Part shown: one piece after another, positions 30,465 to 39,716 of the stretch | Numbering within the stretch: position 1 is the first letter of the stretch | Layout of the letters: every line of letters begins with the position of its first letter | Source of the DNA: an uncultured Candidatus Entotheonella sp. | GTDB taxonomy: Bacteria; Tectomicrobia; Entotheonellia; Entotheonellales; Entotheonellaceae | Reading direction: 5' to 3' | Length of the DNA stretch: 64,000 nucleotides | Assembly (NCBI GenBank): GCA_965215335.1 | Contig: CBDCDA010000001.1 | Coordinates: forward strand, 1,280,001 to 1,344,000 | Program-made: the position numbers and the translations under genes | The notes under the pieces: generated by a model | Told to the model about the DNA's origin: nothing | The model's database searches: none | Seen by the model: the letters and a program-made list of their open reading frames with translations, nothing else

Positions 30465-31691
30465 ATGCGTTTTCACTGGTTTCATTTAATGCCGTACCCG
30501 GATTTGCCGGACGATTTCAAGGACAAATACCGCAGCGTGTGGGTGGACGTGCCGAGCGCGCTGTTCGACCCCGAACGGGGCCACCACCTGTACCACCAAT
30601 ACCTGGATCAATTGGAGTTCGCCGACGGCCTCGGGTTCGACGGCATCTGCGTGAACGAGCATCACCAGAACGCCTACGGCCTCATGCCCTCGCCCAACCT
30701 CATGGGGGCGGCGTTGACGCGCCGCACGTCGAAGGCGGCGCTGGTGGTAATGGGCAACAGCATCGCCCTGTACAACCCGCCGATTCGCGTGGCCGAGGAG
30801 TTTGCCATGCTCGACGTGATGAGCGGCGGCAGGCTGGTCGCCGGGTTTCCGGTCGGCACGTCGATGGACACCAATTTCTGCTACGGGGAACCGCCCGCCA
30901 CGCTGCGCGACAAGTATGACGAGGCGCATCGCCTGATCATCCAGGCATGGTCACGCCCGGAACCGTTCAGCTTCAATGGCAAGTACACCCAGTTGCGCTA
31001 CGTCAACATCTGGCCGCGGCCCTTGCAACAACCGCACCCGCCCATCTGGATTCCCGGCGGCGGCAGCATCGAAACCTGGGATTTCTGCCTGCAGCACGAC
31101 TACAGCTACTCCAACCTCAGCTATTATGGCTACAAGCGGGCGCAGAAAGTCATGGACGGCTATTGGGAGCGGGCGGCAGTGCTCGGCAAGGACGACAACC
31201 CCTACCGTGCCGGCTACGCGCAGATCGTCGCCGTGGCCGACAGTGATCAGGAAGCCGAACGGCTTTACGCGCCGCACATCGATTACTTCTTCAACCGCTG
31301 CCTGCACGTCTTTCCGGGTTTCGCCGACGCGCCGGGTTACCGCACCATGGCCACCATGCGGGCGGGATTTACCCCGCAGGTCGGCAGCAACGCCTCGGCA
31401 GTACGCCAGCAATTGCAATGGAAGGACTTCATCGAGCACGGCTATGTGGTGGCCGGCAGCGCCGCCACCGTACGCGACACCCTGCGCGAGGCGTTCACCA
31501 ACATGCGCGTCGGCAATGCCATGCTGCTGTGTCAGATTGGCAACATGGGCGACGAACTGACACGCGAAAACACCCAGCGCTTTGCGCAGGACGTCATGCC
31601 GCACCTGCGCGGTCTGTGGAGCGATTACGAGGATCACTGGTATCCGCAGCCGCTGGCGCAACGAGCAGTGGCTGCGCCGCTGCCGAGTTGA
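30465..31691 (+). CDS. LLM-class flavin-dependent oxidoreductase
   Basis: GFDGICVNEHH, PIRVAEEFAMLDVMSGGRL, PRPLQQPHPPIW. Confidence 0.92.
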   Translation: MRFHWFHLMPYPDLPDDFKDKYRSVWVDVPSALFDPERGHHLYHQYLDQLEFADGLGFDGICVNEHHQNAYGLMPSPNLMGAALTRRTSKAALVVMGNSIALYNPPIRVAEEFAMLDVMSGGRLVAGFPVGTSMDTNFCYGEPPATLRDKYDEAHRLIIQAWSRPEPFSFNGKYTQLRYVNIWPRPLQQPHPPIWIPGGGSIETWDFCLQHDYSYSNLSYYGYKRAQKVMDGYWERAAVLGKDDNPYRAGYAQIVAVADSDQEAERLYAPHIDYFFNRCLHVFPGFADAPGYRTMATMRAGFTPQVGSNASAVRQQLQWKDFIEHGYVVAGSAATVRDTLREAFTNMRVGNAMLLCQIGNMGDELTRENTQRFAQDVMPHLRGLWSDYEDHWYPQPLAQRAVAAPLPS

Positions 31692-31703
31692 GCACGCTGA
31701 CCC

Positions 31704-32774
31704 CTAGGCGGTCAGCAGGGCCTTCCACCGGCCCACGTCCACGTTGACCGCCTCGGCCTCTTGGCAGATGCGCGACCATGTGGTGTCGTCCACCTGGATA
31801 CCGTCGCGCGAACGTCGTTCGGCGCTGCGGAATTCCGGCTCGCCCGGCAGCATGACCTCGCTGAATCCCGGCGCCGGGCGGCTCGACTTGACGTGCGCGA
31901 TCAGCGCCTCCACCTCCCGGTAGTAATCTTCCATTTCAACAAAATGCTCGATGTCGTAGACCTGCAGGAACACGCCGTTGCTGATCATGATGGGTGCGCC
32001 GCTGGCGCACCCCAGGCCGCTCAGGGCGCCGCCAAGAATCTCGACCATGAGGCTCAGGGCGTAGCCCTTGTGGGCCACGACGCCGCCCATGGGCAGCATG
32101 GCCCCCGGTGGGTCGCCCTTGAAATCCTTCGGATCGGTGGTGGGGTTGCCCTGCGAATCGATGATCCAGCCCTCGGGCACCCGGTCGCCCTTGTTCAGCG
32201 CCACGCGGATTTTGCCCTCGGCCACCACCGACGTCGTCATGTCCACGAGCAGCGGCTCGGCATCGCGCCGCGGGGCGGCGAAGGCGATCGGGTTGGTGCT
32301 CAGCCTGCCGTCGATGCCGCCAAACGGGGCGGCCTGATGGCCCATGTGTCCGGCGTTGACGAATATCTGTCCGATCATCCCCTCACGCGCCACCATGAGT
32401 GGGTACGCGCCGACCCGGCCGATGTGGCTGGTGTTGCGCAGCGACACCGCCCCGACACCGTGTTGCCGGGCCTTGTCGATGGCCAGCCGCGTGGCAAAGG
32501 TGGCGCCCACCTGCCCCATGGCGCCGCCAGCGTCGACCACCGCCAGGCACGGTTTGTCGCGCGTCACCTCGGGCACCGCCTGCGGCTGAAAGCGGCCCTC
32601 GCGGATCGCCTGGGCGTACTCGTAAAACCGAATGGCGCCGTGCGAGTCGTGGCCGAACAGGTTGGACTCGACCAGGTGGTCGACGACCGCCTCGGCATCC
32701 TCGGGCCGGCATCCGAGAGCGACGAATAGGGTGTAGCCGAGTGTCCTCAGATCGGCCGGGTTAAAGCGTGGCAT
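31704..32774 (-). CDS. Ldh_2 family (malate/L-lactate/sulfolactate-type) oxidoreductase
   Basis: GHDSHG, SHIGRVG, STNPIAF, DMTTS, HKGYALS, LPGEPE. Confidence 0.92.
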   Translation of the reverse strand: MPRFNPADLRTLGYTLFVALGCRPEDAEAVVDHLVESNLFGHDSHGAIRFYEYAQAIREGRFQPQAVPEVTRDKPCLAVVDAGGAMGQVGATFATRLAIDKARQHGVGAVSLRNTSHIGRVGAYPLMVAREGMIGQIFVNAGHMGHQAAPFGGIDGRLSTNPIAFAAPRRDAEPLLVDMTTSVVAEGKIRVALNKGDRVPEGWIIDSQGNPTTDPKDFKGDPPGAMLPMGGVVAHKGYALSLMVEILGGALSGLGCASGAPIMISNGVFLQVYDIEHFVEMEDYYREVEALIAHVKSSRPAPGFSEVMLPGEPEFRSAERRSRDGIQVDDTTWSRICQEAEAVNVDVGRWKALLTA

Positions 32775-32882
32775 GTCCGTCCTTTCTCTCCGTAGCGTGT
32801 TGGTTTGCCAATCGAATGTGACCAGTATAGCATCACGCCGATCATAAACCCGCTCGCCGGGAACACTCAGGAATGGAGCGCC

Positions 32883-33965
32883 ATGACGGATTGGGTGACA
32901 CGGTTGCTCGACTGGTTCGAGCGGCACCAGCGTCGCCTGCCGTGGCGGGCCGACAGCCGGCCTTACCACGTCTGGCTCAGCGAGGTGATGCTGCAGCAAA
33001 CCCGGGTGGATACCGTCATCCCCTATTTCGAGCGCTTCGTCCGGGCGTTTCCGGACGTACCGACCTTGGCGACGGCGGACCAGCAGGCGGTGCTCAAGCT
33101 GTGGGAAGGACTGGGTTACTACTCACGTGCCCGCAACCTGCACAAGACGGCCCGGCTGCTCGTGGCGCAGCACGGCGGCAAGCTGCCCGAAGACGTCGAG
33201 GCACTGCGCCGCCTGCCCGGTTTCGGCTCCTATACGACGGCGGCCGTCGGCAGCATCGCGTTCGGTCATCCGATGGCGGTGGTCGACGGCAACGTTCTGC
33301 GGGTATTCTGCCGTTTCTGGGGCATCGAGACGGACATCCGCCAGCCGCGGTTGCGCACCGAACTGCAGGACCGTTTGGCGCCCTTCATCGCCGCGGCGCC
33401 GGCGGCGGCGTTCAATCAGGCAATCATGGAAATCGGCGCGCTGGTTTGCCGCCCGCGGGCGCCGCGCTGCGAAGCCTGCCCCCTGCAGGCGGACTGCATT
33501 GCCTTTCAGACCGAACGCACCGCCGAGCTGCCGATGAAGAGTGCTCGCAAGCCGGTGCCACATTACCAGATCGTGGCCGGGATTGTCTGGAGGAACGGAA
33601 AATTCCTGCTGGCGCGGCGCCGGCAGGACCAGATGCTCGGCGGCCTGTGGGTATTTCCGGGCGGCAGGTCAAAACCGGGTGAAGCCCCCGCCGCTACGCT
33701 GCGCCGTGAGATCCGGCAGGAAACCGGCCTGCGCGTCCGGGTCGGCTTCCCGTATTGCCGGGTCAAGCACGGCTACACCCACTTCAGAATCACCCTGATC
33801 GCCTATCGCTGCGAATGGTGCAGCGGCAAGGCCAAGGCGCTGGCAAGCGACGAAGTGTGCTGGGTGGGTCTGCAAGACGTCGACGCCTACCCGCTCCCCA
33901 AGGCCAACCACAAGGTGCTGCAGGCCGTACGCGATCATGAACGCATGCAGGGGAACGCCGGCTGA
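32883..33965 (+). CDS. mutY: A/G-specific adenine glycosylase
   Basis: WLSEVMLQQT, WEGLGYYSRARNL, LPGFGSYT, VDGNV, CX6CX2CX5C Fe-S motif, C-terminal NUDIX-like domain. Confidence 0.95.
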   Translation: MTDWVTRLLDWFERHQRRLPWRADSRPYHVWLSEVMLQQTRVDTVIPYFERFVRAFPDVPTLATADQQAVLKLWEGLGYYSRARNLHKTARLLVAQHGGKLPEDVEALRRLPGFGSYTTAAVGSIAFGHPMAVVDGNVLRVFCRFWGIETDIRQPRLRTELQDRLAPFIAAAPAAAFNQAIMEIGALVCRPRAPRCEACPLQADCIAFQTERTAELPMKSARKPVPHYQIVAGIVWRNGKFLLARRRQDQMLGGLWVFPGGRSKPGEAPAATLRREIRQETGLRVRVGFPYCRVKHGYTHFRITLIAYRCEWCSGKAKALASDEVCWVGLQDVDAYPLPKANHKVLQAVRDHERMQGNAG

Positions 33966-34006
33966 GAAGAAGGGGGGGCTCAGTTGTGCGAGTCCCCCCA
34001 AGCGAC

Positions 34007-35377
34007 TCAGAGCGCGAATTCTTGGGGTTTTTCGAGCAGGCGTTGCAGCTCTTGCAGGAAATTGGCCGCCGGCGCGCCGTCCACGGCACGATGATCGAAC
34101 ACCAGGCAGAGGTAAACGGAGGGGCGAATCGCCAAGGCGTCCCCGACGACCACGGGGCGGCGTTGCACCATGCCCACCCCCAGAATGGCGACCTGCGGCG
34201 GGTTGATGATGGGCGTGAAGAGATCGATGCCGGTGGTGCCCAAATTGGTAATGGTAAAAGTGCCGTTGCTGACCTCGTCGGGCGACAGGCGCATCGGCAC
34301 GGCGCGGGCCTTCTCGGCCAACTCGCGGCTTTCGCGGGCGATCTGGCCGAGGTCCTTGCGGTCGGCGTCGGCAATCACCGGCACGATGAGACCCTCGTCG
34401 AGGTTGACGGCGACACCGACGTTGACGTTCTCGTGCAGGTGCACGTCCTGGTCCACGAGGGTGGCGTTCAGCCGGGGGTGGCGGCTCAGGGCGGCGGTGA
34501 CCGCCTTGGTAATCAGGTCGTTCAGCGAAATGCGAACGCCGTACTGCTGTTCCCACTGCGCCAGCATGGCTTGGCGGAAGGTCACCGTGGCGTTCATGTC
34601 GACGAGCATCACCTCGGTGACGCGCGGGATGGTGTTCCAGCTCTGGAACATGCGCTCGGCAACCCGCCCGCGCATGCCGCGCAGCGGTATGATGCCACCG
34701 GCAGCCAGCGGCGCGACGGCTGGAGCAGGCGCCGCCTTTGCCGCTTCGGCGGCCTTCTGCACGTCGTCACGGGTAATTCTGCCGCCCGGGCCGGTACCGG
34801 TCACACTGGCCGGGTCGATACCCATCTCGTCGCACAGCTTGCGCGCCACCGGGGAAATCCTGACACGCTCGGCGGCGGCTGACGCCGGGGTGGCCTGCGC
34901 AGCTTTTTCAACGTCCTCACGGGTGATGCGCCCGCCCGGGCCGGTGCCGGTCACCGCGGCCGGGTCGATGCCCAACTGGTCGCACAACTTGCGAGCGATC
35001 GGGGATATTTTCACCCGCTCGCCAGTCACCGCGGCCCGAGGCGGCGGCGAAGCCACCGCGGGCACCGAGGTAGGCGCCGCCGGAGCGGCCGATTGATCAC
35101 CGAGCAACTGCTGAATATCGGCCTTATTGAGTTGCTCGTCAGCCGAACCCAGCAATACCAGCGGCGTGCCGATCGGGCGTTCCTCCTCAGCGGCAACGGC
35201 GATCTTCAACACCACGCCGTCGGCAGGCGATTCGACCTCGGTGATCACCTTGTCGGTCTCGATCACCACCAGCGGTTCGCCCTTGGCGACGGCATCGCCT
35301 TCCTGCTTCAGCCACTCGATAATCTTGCCTTTTTCCATCGTATGCCCAAGGCTGGGCATACCGAACGTGATGGCCAT
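34007..35377 (-). CDS. Dihydrolipoamide acyltransferase (E2)
   Basis: Lipoyl ETDKV, two E3-binding domains, TFTITNLG, FDHRAVDG. Confidence 0.93.
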   Translation of the reverse strand: MAITFGMPSLGHTMEKGKIIEWLKQEGDAVAKGEPLVVIETDKVITEVESPADGVVLKIAVAAEEERPIGTPLVLLGSADEQLNKADIQQLLGDQSAAPAAPTSVPAVASPPPRAAVTGERVKISPIARKLCDQLGIDPAAVTGTGPGGRITREDVEKAAQATPASAAAERVRISPVARKLCDEMGIDPASVTGTGPGGRITRDDVQKAAEAAKAAPAPAVAPLAAGGIIPLRGMRGRVAERMFQSWNTIPRVTEVMLVDMNATVTFRQAMLAQWEQQYGVRISLNDLITKAVTAALSRHPRLNATLVDQDVHLHENVNVGVAVNLDEGLIVPVIADADRKDLGQIARESRELAEKARAVPMRLSPDEVSNGTFTITNLGTTGIDLFTPIINPPQVAILGVGMVQRRPVVVGDALAIRPSVYLCLVFDHRAVDGAPAANFLQELQRLLEKPQEFAL

Positions 35378-35421
35378 CACCCCTCTCCCCAGTCCCTCCC
35401 AGCGGGAGGGGATTTCATGCT

Positions 35422-36393
35422 CTAGCCGACGAGTTCGCGGGCCGCGGCGACCAGATGCTCGGTCTTGGGCACCACCAGCTTTTCCAGTTCCGGGCTGAAC
35501 GGCATGGGCACCTCCGCCGCCGCCAGGCGCTTCACCGGCGCGTCCAGCGCGTCAAAACACTCCTCGGCGATCAGCGAGGCGATCTCGGCGCTGGTGCCGC
35601 CGCGCTTCACCTCCTCGTCGGTCACGATCACCCGGTTGGTCTTTTCAACCGAAGCAAACACCGTCGCCTTGTCGAACGGCACCAGCGTGCGGGTATCCAC
35701 CACCTCCGCCTCGATGCCTTCCGGCGACAGGATGCCGGCCGCTTCCAGCGCCTTCGGCACCATGGGGCCGGTGGCCACGATGGTCACGTCGCCTCCTTCC
35801 CGCTTCACGTCCGCCTGCCCGAACGGTACCGCGTAGTCCTCGTCCGGCACCTCGCCTTCGTTGGTGTACAGCCGCTTGTACTCCATGAACAGCACCGGGT
35901 CCTTGCCGCGCAGGGCGGTCTTCAGCAGGCCCTTGGCGTCGTACGGCGTCGACGGCACCACCACCTGCAGGCCGGGCACGTGCAGGAACCACGCCTCCAG
36001 ACACTGCGAATGCTGGGCCGCCAGCAAGCGCGCCGAGCCCGACGGCAGGCGCAGCACCACGGGCACGTCGGTCTGTCCGCCGAACATGTAGCGCACCTTG
36101 GCCATCTGATTCACCACCTCGTCCATGGCGCAGGTGGCAAAATCGACGTACATGACTTCCGCCACCGGCCGCATGCCACACAGCGCCGCGCCGAGGGCGG
36201 TGCCGACAATGCCGGCCTCGGAAATCGGCGTCTGGCGAATGCGACCGGGAAATTTCTCGTCAATGCCCCGCGTCACGGCGTACGGCCCGCCGTGGGCAAT
36301 CACATCCTCACCCAGCACGATAATACTGTCGTCCCGCGCCATCTCTTCGTGGAGTGCCTCGCGCAGCGCGTCGCGCATGTTCTTTTTCGGCAT
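35422..36393 (-). CDS. 2-oxoacid/acetoin dehydrogenase E1 beta subunit
   Basis: LGEDV, TPISE, AQHSQ, PSTPYDAKGLL, LDAPVKR. Confidence 0.93.
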   Translation of the reverse strand: MPKKNMRDALREALHEEMARDDSIIVLGEDVIAHGGPYAVTRGIDEKFPGRIRQTPISEAGIVGTALGAALCGMRPVAEVMYVDFATCAMDEVVNQMAKVRYMFGGQTDVPVVLRLPSGSARLLAAQHSQCLEAWFLHVPGLQVVVPSTPYDAKGLLKTALRGKDPVLFMEYKRLYTNEGEVPDEDYAVPFGQADVKREGGDVTIVATGPMVPKALEAAGILSPEGIEAEVVDTRTLVPFDKATVFASVEKTNRVIVTDEEVKRGGTSAEIASLIAEECFDALDAPVKRLAAAEVPMPFSPELEKLVVPKTEHLVAAARELVG

Positions 36394-36436
36394 CAGCTTG
36401 CTCCCCTCCCAGGTCCCGACCGCAGGCCGGATGTCG

Positions 36437-37420
36437 TCAACCGATATCGTAGGAATAGACGTCTTTGTACAGTTCGTCCGGCGTCGGATACGGGCTGCTC
36501 TCAGCGAAGCGCACCGCCGCGGTGATTTCTTCTTGCACCGTGCTCTGGATGTCGGCGTCCTGCTCCTCGCTGAGGATATCAGCGTCTCGCAGGTGCGCCG
36601 CCAGATGCTTGATGGGGTCGCGATGATCGGACCACGCGGCGATTTCCTCGCGCGTGCGGTACTGCTGCGGGTCGCCGAAGTTGTGGCCGTGAAAGCGATA
36701 AGTCTTGCATTCCAGCAAGGTCGGCCCCGCGCCGTGGCGCGCGCGCTCGACCGCTTCGCCGGCCGCCTCGTAGACCGCCAAGGGGTCCATGCCGTCCACC
36801 TGCACGCCCGGGATGCCGTAGGCCGGCGACATGTTGGCGATGTCGGTCACCAGCGTCACGTCCTTCTGCGGCGTCCACTGCGCGAACTGGTTGTTCTCGC
36901 ACACGTACACCACCGGCAGTTTCCACACGGCGCCGATGTTGATGTTCTCGTGAAACGGGCCGCGATTGGCCGCCCCGTCGCCGAAAAAGCATACCGCCAC
37001 CTGTCCGCTGCCACGCAACTGGGCCGCCAGACCGGCGCCGGTGGCGAGCCCGAATCCTCCGGCCACGATGCCGTTGGCCCCCAGCATGCCGACCTTGAAA
37101 TCGGCGATGTGCATGGAGCCGCCCTTACCCTTGCAGTAACCGGTGGAACGGCCAAAGAGCTCGGCCATCATGCGATTGATGTCGGCGCCTTTGGCAATGC
37201 AGTGGCCGTGGCCGCGGTGGGTGCTGGTGATGTAATCCGTGTCCTGCAGATGCGAACAGATGGGCACCGCCACGCCTTCTTCACCGATGTAGGTATGCAA
37301 GGCTCCCATCACCTTACCCTGGCTGGACTGGTACTCCGCTTGTTCCTCGAACAGGCGTATGCGCCACATGCGCGCATACATGTCGAGAAGCTTTTCCGCC
37401 GAGGGAGCTTCAACTGGCAT
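36437..37420 (-). CDS. 2-oxoacid/acetoin dehydrogenase E1 alpha subunit (TPP-dependent)
   Basis: THRGHGH, GKGGSMH, GDGAAN...CENN, TYRFHGH. Confidence 0.93.
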   Translation of the reverse strand: MPVEAPSAEKLLDMYARMWRIRLFEEQAEYQSSQGKVMGALHTYIGEEGVAVPICSHLQDTDYITSTHRGHGHCIAKGADINRMMAELFGRSTGYCKGKGGSMHIADFKVGMLGANGIVAGGFGLATGAGLAAQLRGSGQVAVCFFGDGAANRGPFHENINIGAVWKLPVVYVCENNQFAQWTPQKDVTLVTDIANMSPAYGIPGVQVDGMDPLAVYEAAGEAVERARHGAGPTLLECKTYRFHGHNFGDPQQYRTREEIAAWSDHRDPIKHLAAHLRDADILSEEQDADIQSTVQEEITAAVRFAESSPYPTPDELYKDVYSYDIG

Positions 37421-37584
37421 CAGCAAATCCTCCGTTTGGTACATGGCAAACGGGCAGAGCCGGCTCCGCCCGGGCTAATCGCAAGCAAGGCGCCATCCTA
37501 GACGCGATTGGGGGTCGAGTCAATGGCGAGATCCCGCGCCTCTGAACCCACTTGTGGGGTGATCCACGAGCCGCCAAATGGCGC

Positions 37585-37612
37585 TTGACACAACGTCGCG
37601 GGATGCTATGCT
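37585..37612 (+). promoter_or_regulatory. Sigma70-type promoter
   Basis: TTGACA, 16 nt, TATGCT with extended -10 TG. Confidence 0.65.
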
Positions 37613-37619
37613 TGCCGCA

Positions 37620-37777
37620 CGCTAGAAAGGAGGTGATCCAATGCAACATACGATCAGCGAGGTGGCTGAGGCTTGAGGCACACCGGCTTGGGCGCTCAGG
37701 CGTCGGCACGTGCGTGCCTCGGCTAGTCCAAGCAGCCCACCGCAGCCCCGGAGGCATCTCGCCCCCGGGGCTTTTTT
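37620..37777 (+). ncRNA. Candidate small transcript with extended Shine-Dalgarno and 11-aa ORF
   Basis: Bounded by a promoter and an intrinsic terminator; AGAAAGGAGGTGATCCA at 37624-37640; ORF 37641-37676 MQHTISEVAEA. Confidence 0.55.
37744..37777 (+). terminator. Rho-independent terminator
   Basis: GCCCCGGAGGC / GCCCCCGGGGC stem followed by TTTTTT. Confidence 0.85.
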
Positions 37778-37899
37778 GTGCCCAAATATCGGGCCCTGAC
37801 CGAGGCCGACGACTCTCACAGGGACGGGACGCATCTGAGTGGCCTCCGGCGCACCGCTCGGCGCGAAGATCACGATGCGCACATCACTGAATTCTTCTA

Positions 37900-38742
37900 G
37901 GCTCAGGACCTATAAAAGGGCATCATTGGTCATGCAGGATTCAAGACCCTGACTTCATAAGGAGGTTCATCATGCCCGATCACTGCTTCTGGCTATCCGA
38001 CGTGCAGTTTGCCCGCCTGAAACCCCTGCTACCCAACAAGGTGCGGGGCGTCCCACGCGTCGATGACCGAAAAGTCATCAGCGGCATCATCCACGTCATT
38101 CGATACGGTCTGATGTGGCGCCACGCGCCCGCCTGCCACGGTCCCCTCAAGACGCTCTACAACCGCTTCGTGCGCTGGAGCAAGGCCGGTGTCTTCGACC
38201 GCATCTTCCAAACCCTGGCCGCCGACAGCACGGCCACCGAGACCGTCATGATCGACAGCACGCATCTCAAGGCGCATCGCACCGCTGCCAGCCTGCTTGA
38301 GGGGGGGCTTTTCCGCGTCATATCGGGCGTACCCGAGGCGGCCTCAACTCGAAACTTCACGCCGTCTGCGACGGCGACGGCAAGCCCGTCGTCATGGTGT
38401 TGACTGCGGGCCAGGTCAGCGACTATCGCGGGGCAGACATGGCGCCGCCCGCATTGCCGGAGGCCGACGTGCTGATTGCCGACAAGGGTTATGACAGCAA
38501 CCGGCTGCGCAAGGCGCTTGCCGAGCGCAAGATCAAGCCCTGTATTCCAGGCCGTGCCAATCGTAAAGAGCCGATTGTCTACGACACGGAGCTTTACAAG
38601 AGCCGTAATCTCATCGAGCGCCTGTTCGGTCGTCTCAAGGATTGGCGCCGTATCGCCACACGCCATGATCGCTGTGCGCACACTTTCTACAGCGCCATCT
38701 GTATTGCTGCCACGGTTATCTTGTGGATATGAGTCCTGAGCC
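37900..38742 (+). mobile_element. IS5 family element, full length (843 bp)
   Basis: TIRs and TA flanks; near-identical to 22442-23284 except the last ~100 bp. Confidence 0.95.
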
Positions 38743-38771
38743 TAATCCCGGGACCATACAATTAGGGTGTT

Positions 38772-39599
38772 TTGGTGCGCCGCGGGCGGACGGGAAGGTT
38801 GAGGTGCGCATTGCTGGCTGATCTCCTACGCGGATGCCGTTTCCCGTTCCAGGGCCTCGCCTTTCTGGCACGCCATCGCTCTCTGTGGGCATGGGCCACG
38901 CTGCCCGCTGCGGTCAACATCGGCATTTTCGCCGCCGCTCTGACCGTCTTCCTGTATTTCTTCGGCACCCTCTACAGCCTCACCACCGGATGGATGTATC
39001 CGGCCGCACCCGACTTCTGGCTTGCCTGGGTGTGGGTGGTGCCCCTGCGCGTGCTGGCCTGGTCCATCGGGGTCATGCTGCTGCTGGCCGCGCTGCTGAT
39101 CCTGTACGGGGCCTTTCTGGCCCTCGGTCTGGTGATCGCCGCGCCCTTTCTGGCCCTGCTGTCGCAACGCGTCGAGGCGTTGGTGACGGGGAAACAGGGA
39201 CAGGACGCCACTAGTTGGAAAGCCGTCTTGGCCACCCTTTTTGAGTCCGTGGTGGACGAATTTCGCAAGGTCGCGTTCTTCGTCGGCGTGCAACTCCTGT
39301 TGTGGGTCGTGGGACTTCTGCTGCCCTTCCTGGCGCCGATTACGGTCGCCGTCGCGACACTCTTCACCCTGGTGTTTCTGCCGCTCGAATACGCCGGCTT
39401 CGCCATGGACAGCCGGTGCCTGCGTTTCGCCCAGCGCCGCGCCTTGGTCTGGCAACACCGCTGGCTCATGCTCGGCTTCGGGGCGTCGGCGTCCCTCGCG
39501 CTGCTGCTGCCGCTGCTGAACTTCGTCTGCATGCCCGCCCTGGTCGTCGGCGGCACCCTGATGATGTTGCACCTCGAAGCCACCGCCGATGCCGCGTAA
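38772..39599 (+). CDS. EI24/CysZ-like membrane protein
   Basis: LWAWATLPAAVN, IAAPFLALLSQRVE, PLLNFVCMPALVVGGT; start uncertain. Confidence 0.75.
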   Translation: MVRRGRTGRLRCALLADLLRGCRFPFQGLAFLARHRSLWAWATLPAAVNIGIFAAALTVFLYFFGTLYSLTTGWMYPAAPDFWLAWVWVVPLRVLAWSIGVMLLLAALLILYGAFLALGLVIAAPFLALLSQRVEALVTGKQGQDATSWKAVLATLFESVVDEFRKVAFFVGVQLLLWVVGLLLPFLAPITVAVATLFTLVFLPLEYAGFAMDSRCLRFAQRRALVWQHRWLMLGFGASASLALLLPLLNFVCMPALVVGGTLMMLHLEATADAA

Positions 39600-39716
39600 C
39601 GGGGTTCTTCTGCTGCGGCGGGATTCTTCTGCTGCGGCTCTGTGATATAATCAAACGCTTTTCCACCCATCCTGCACAACGACGAGCCTAGGGGCTCGCC
39701 ACTGCTCAGGTGCCGT

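Noticed and set aside
37624..37640. 16S rRNA gene or fragment on the minus strand
   Set aside because: The match covers only the 17-nt tail. It continues ATG, not the conserved GCCGCA, and no other rRNA sequence is present.
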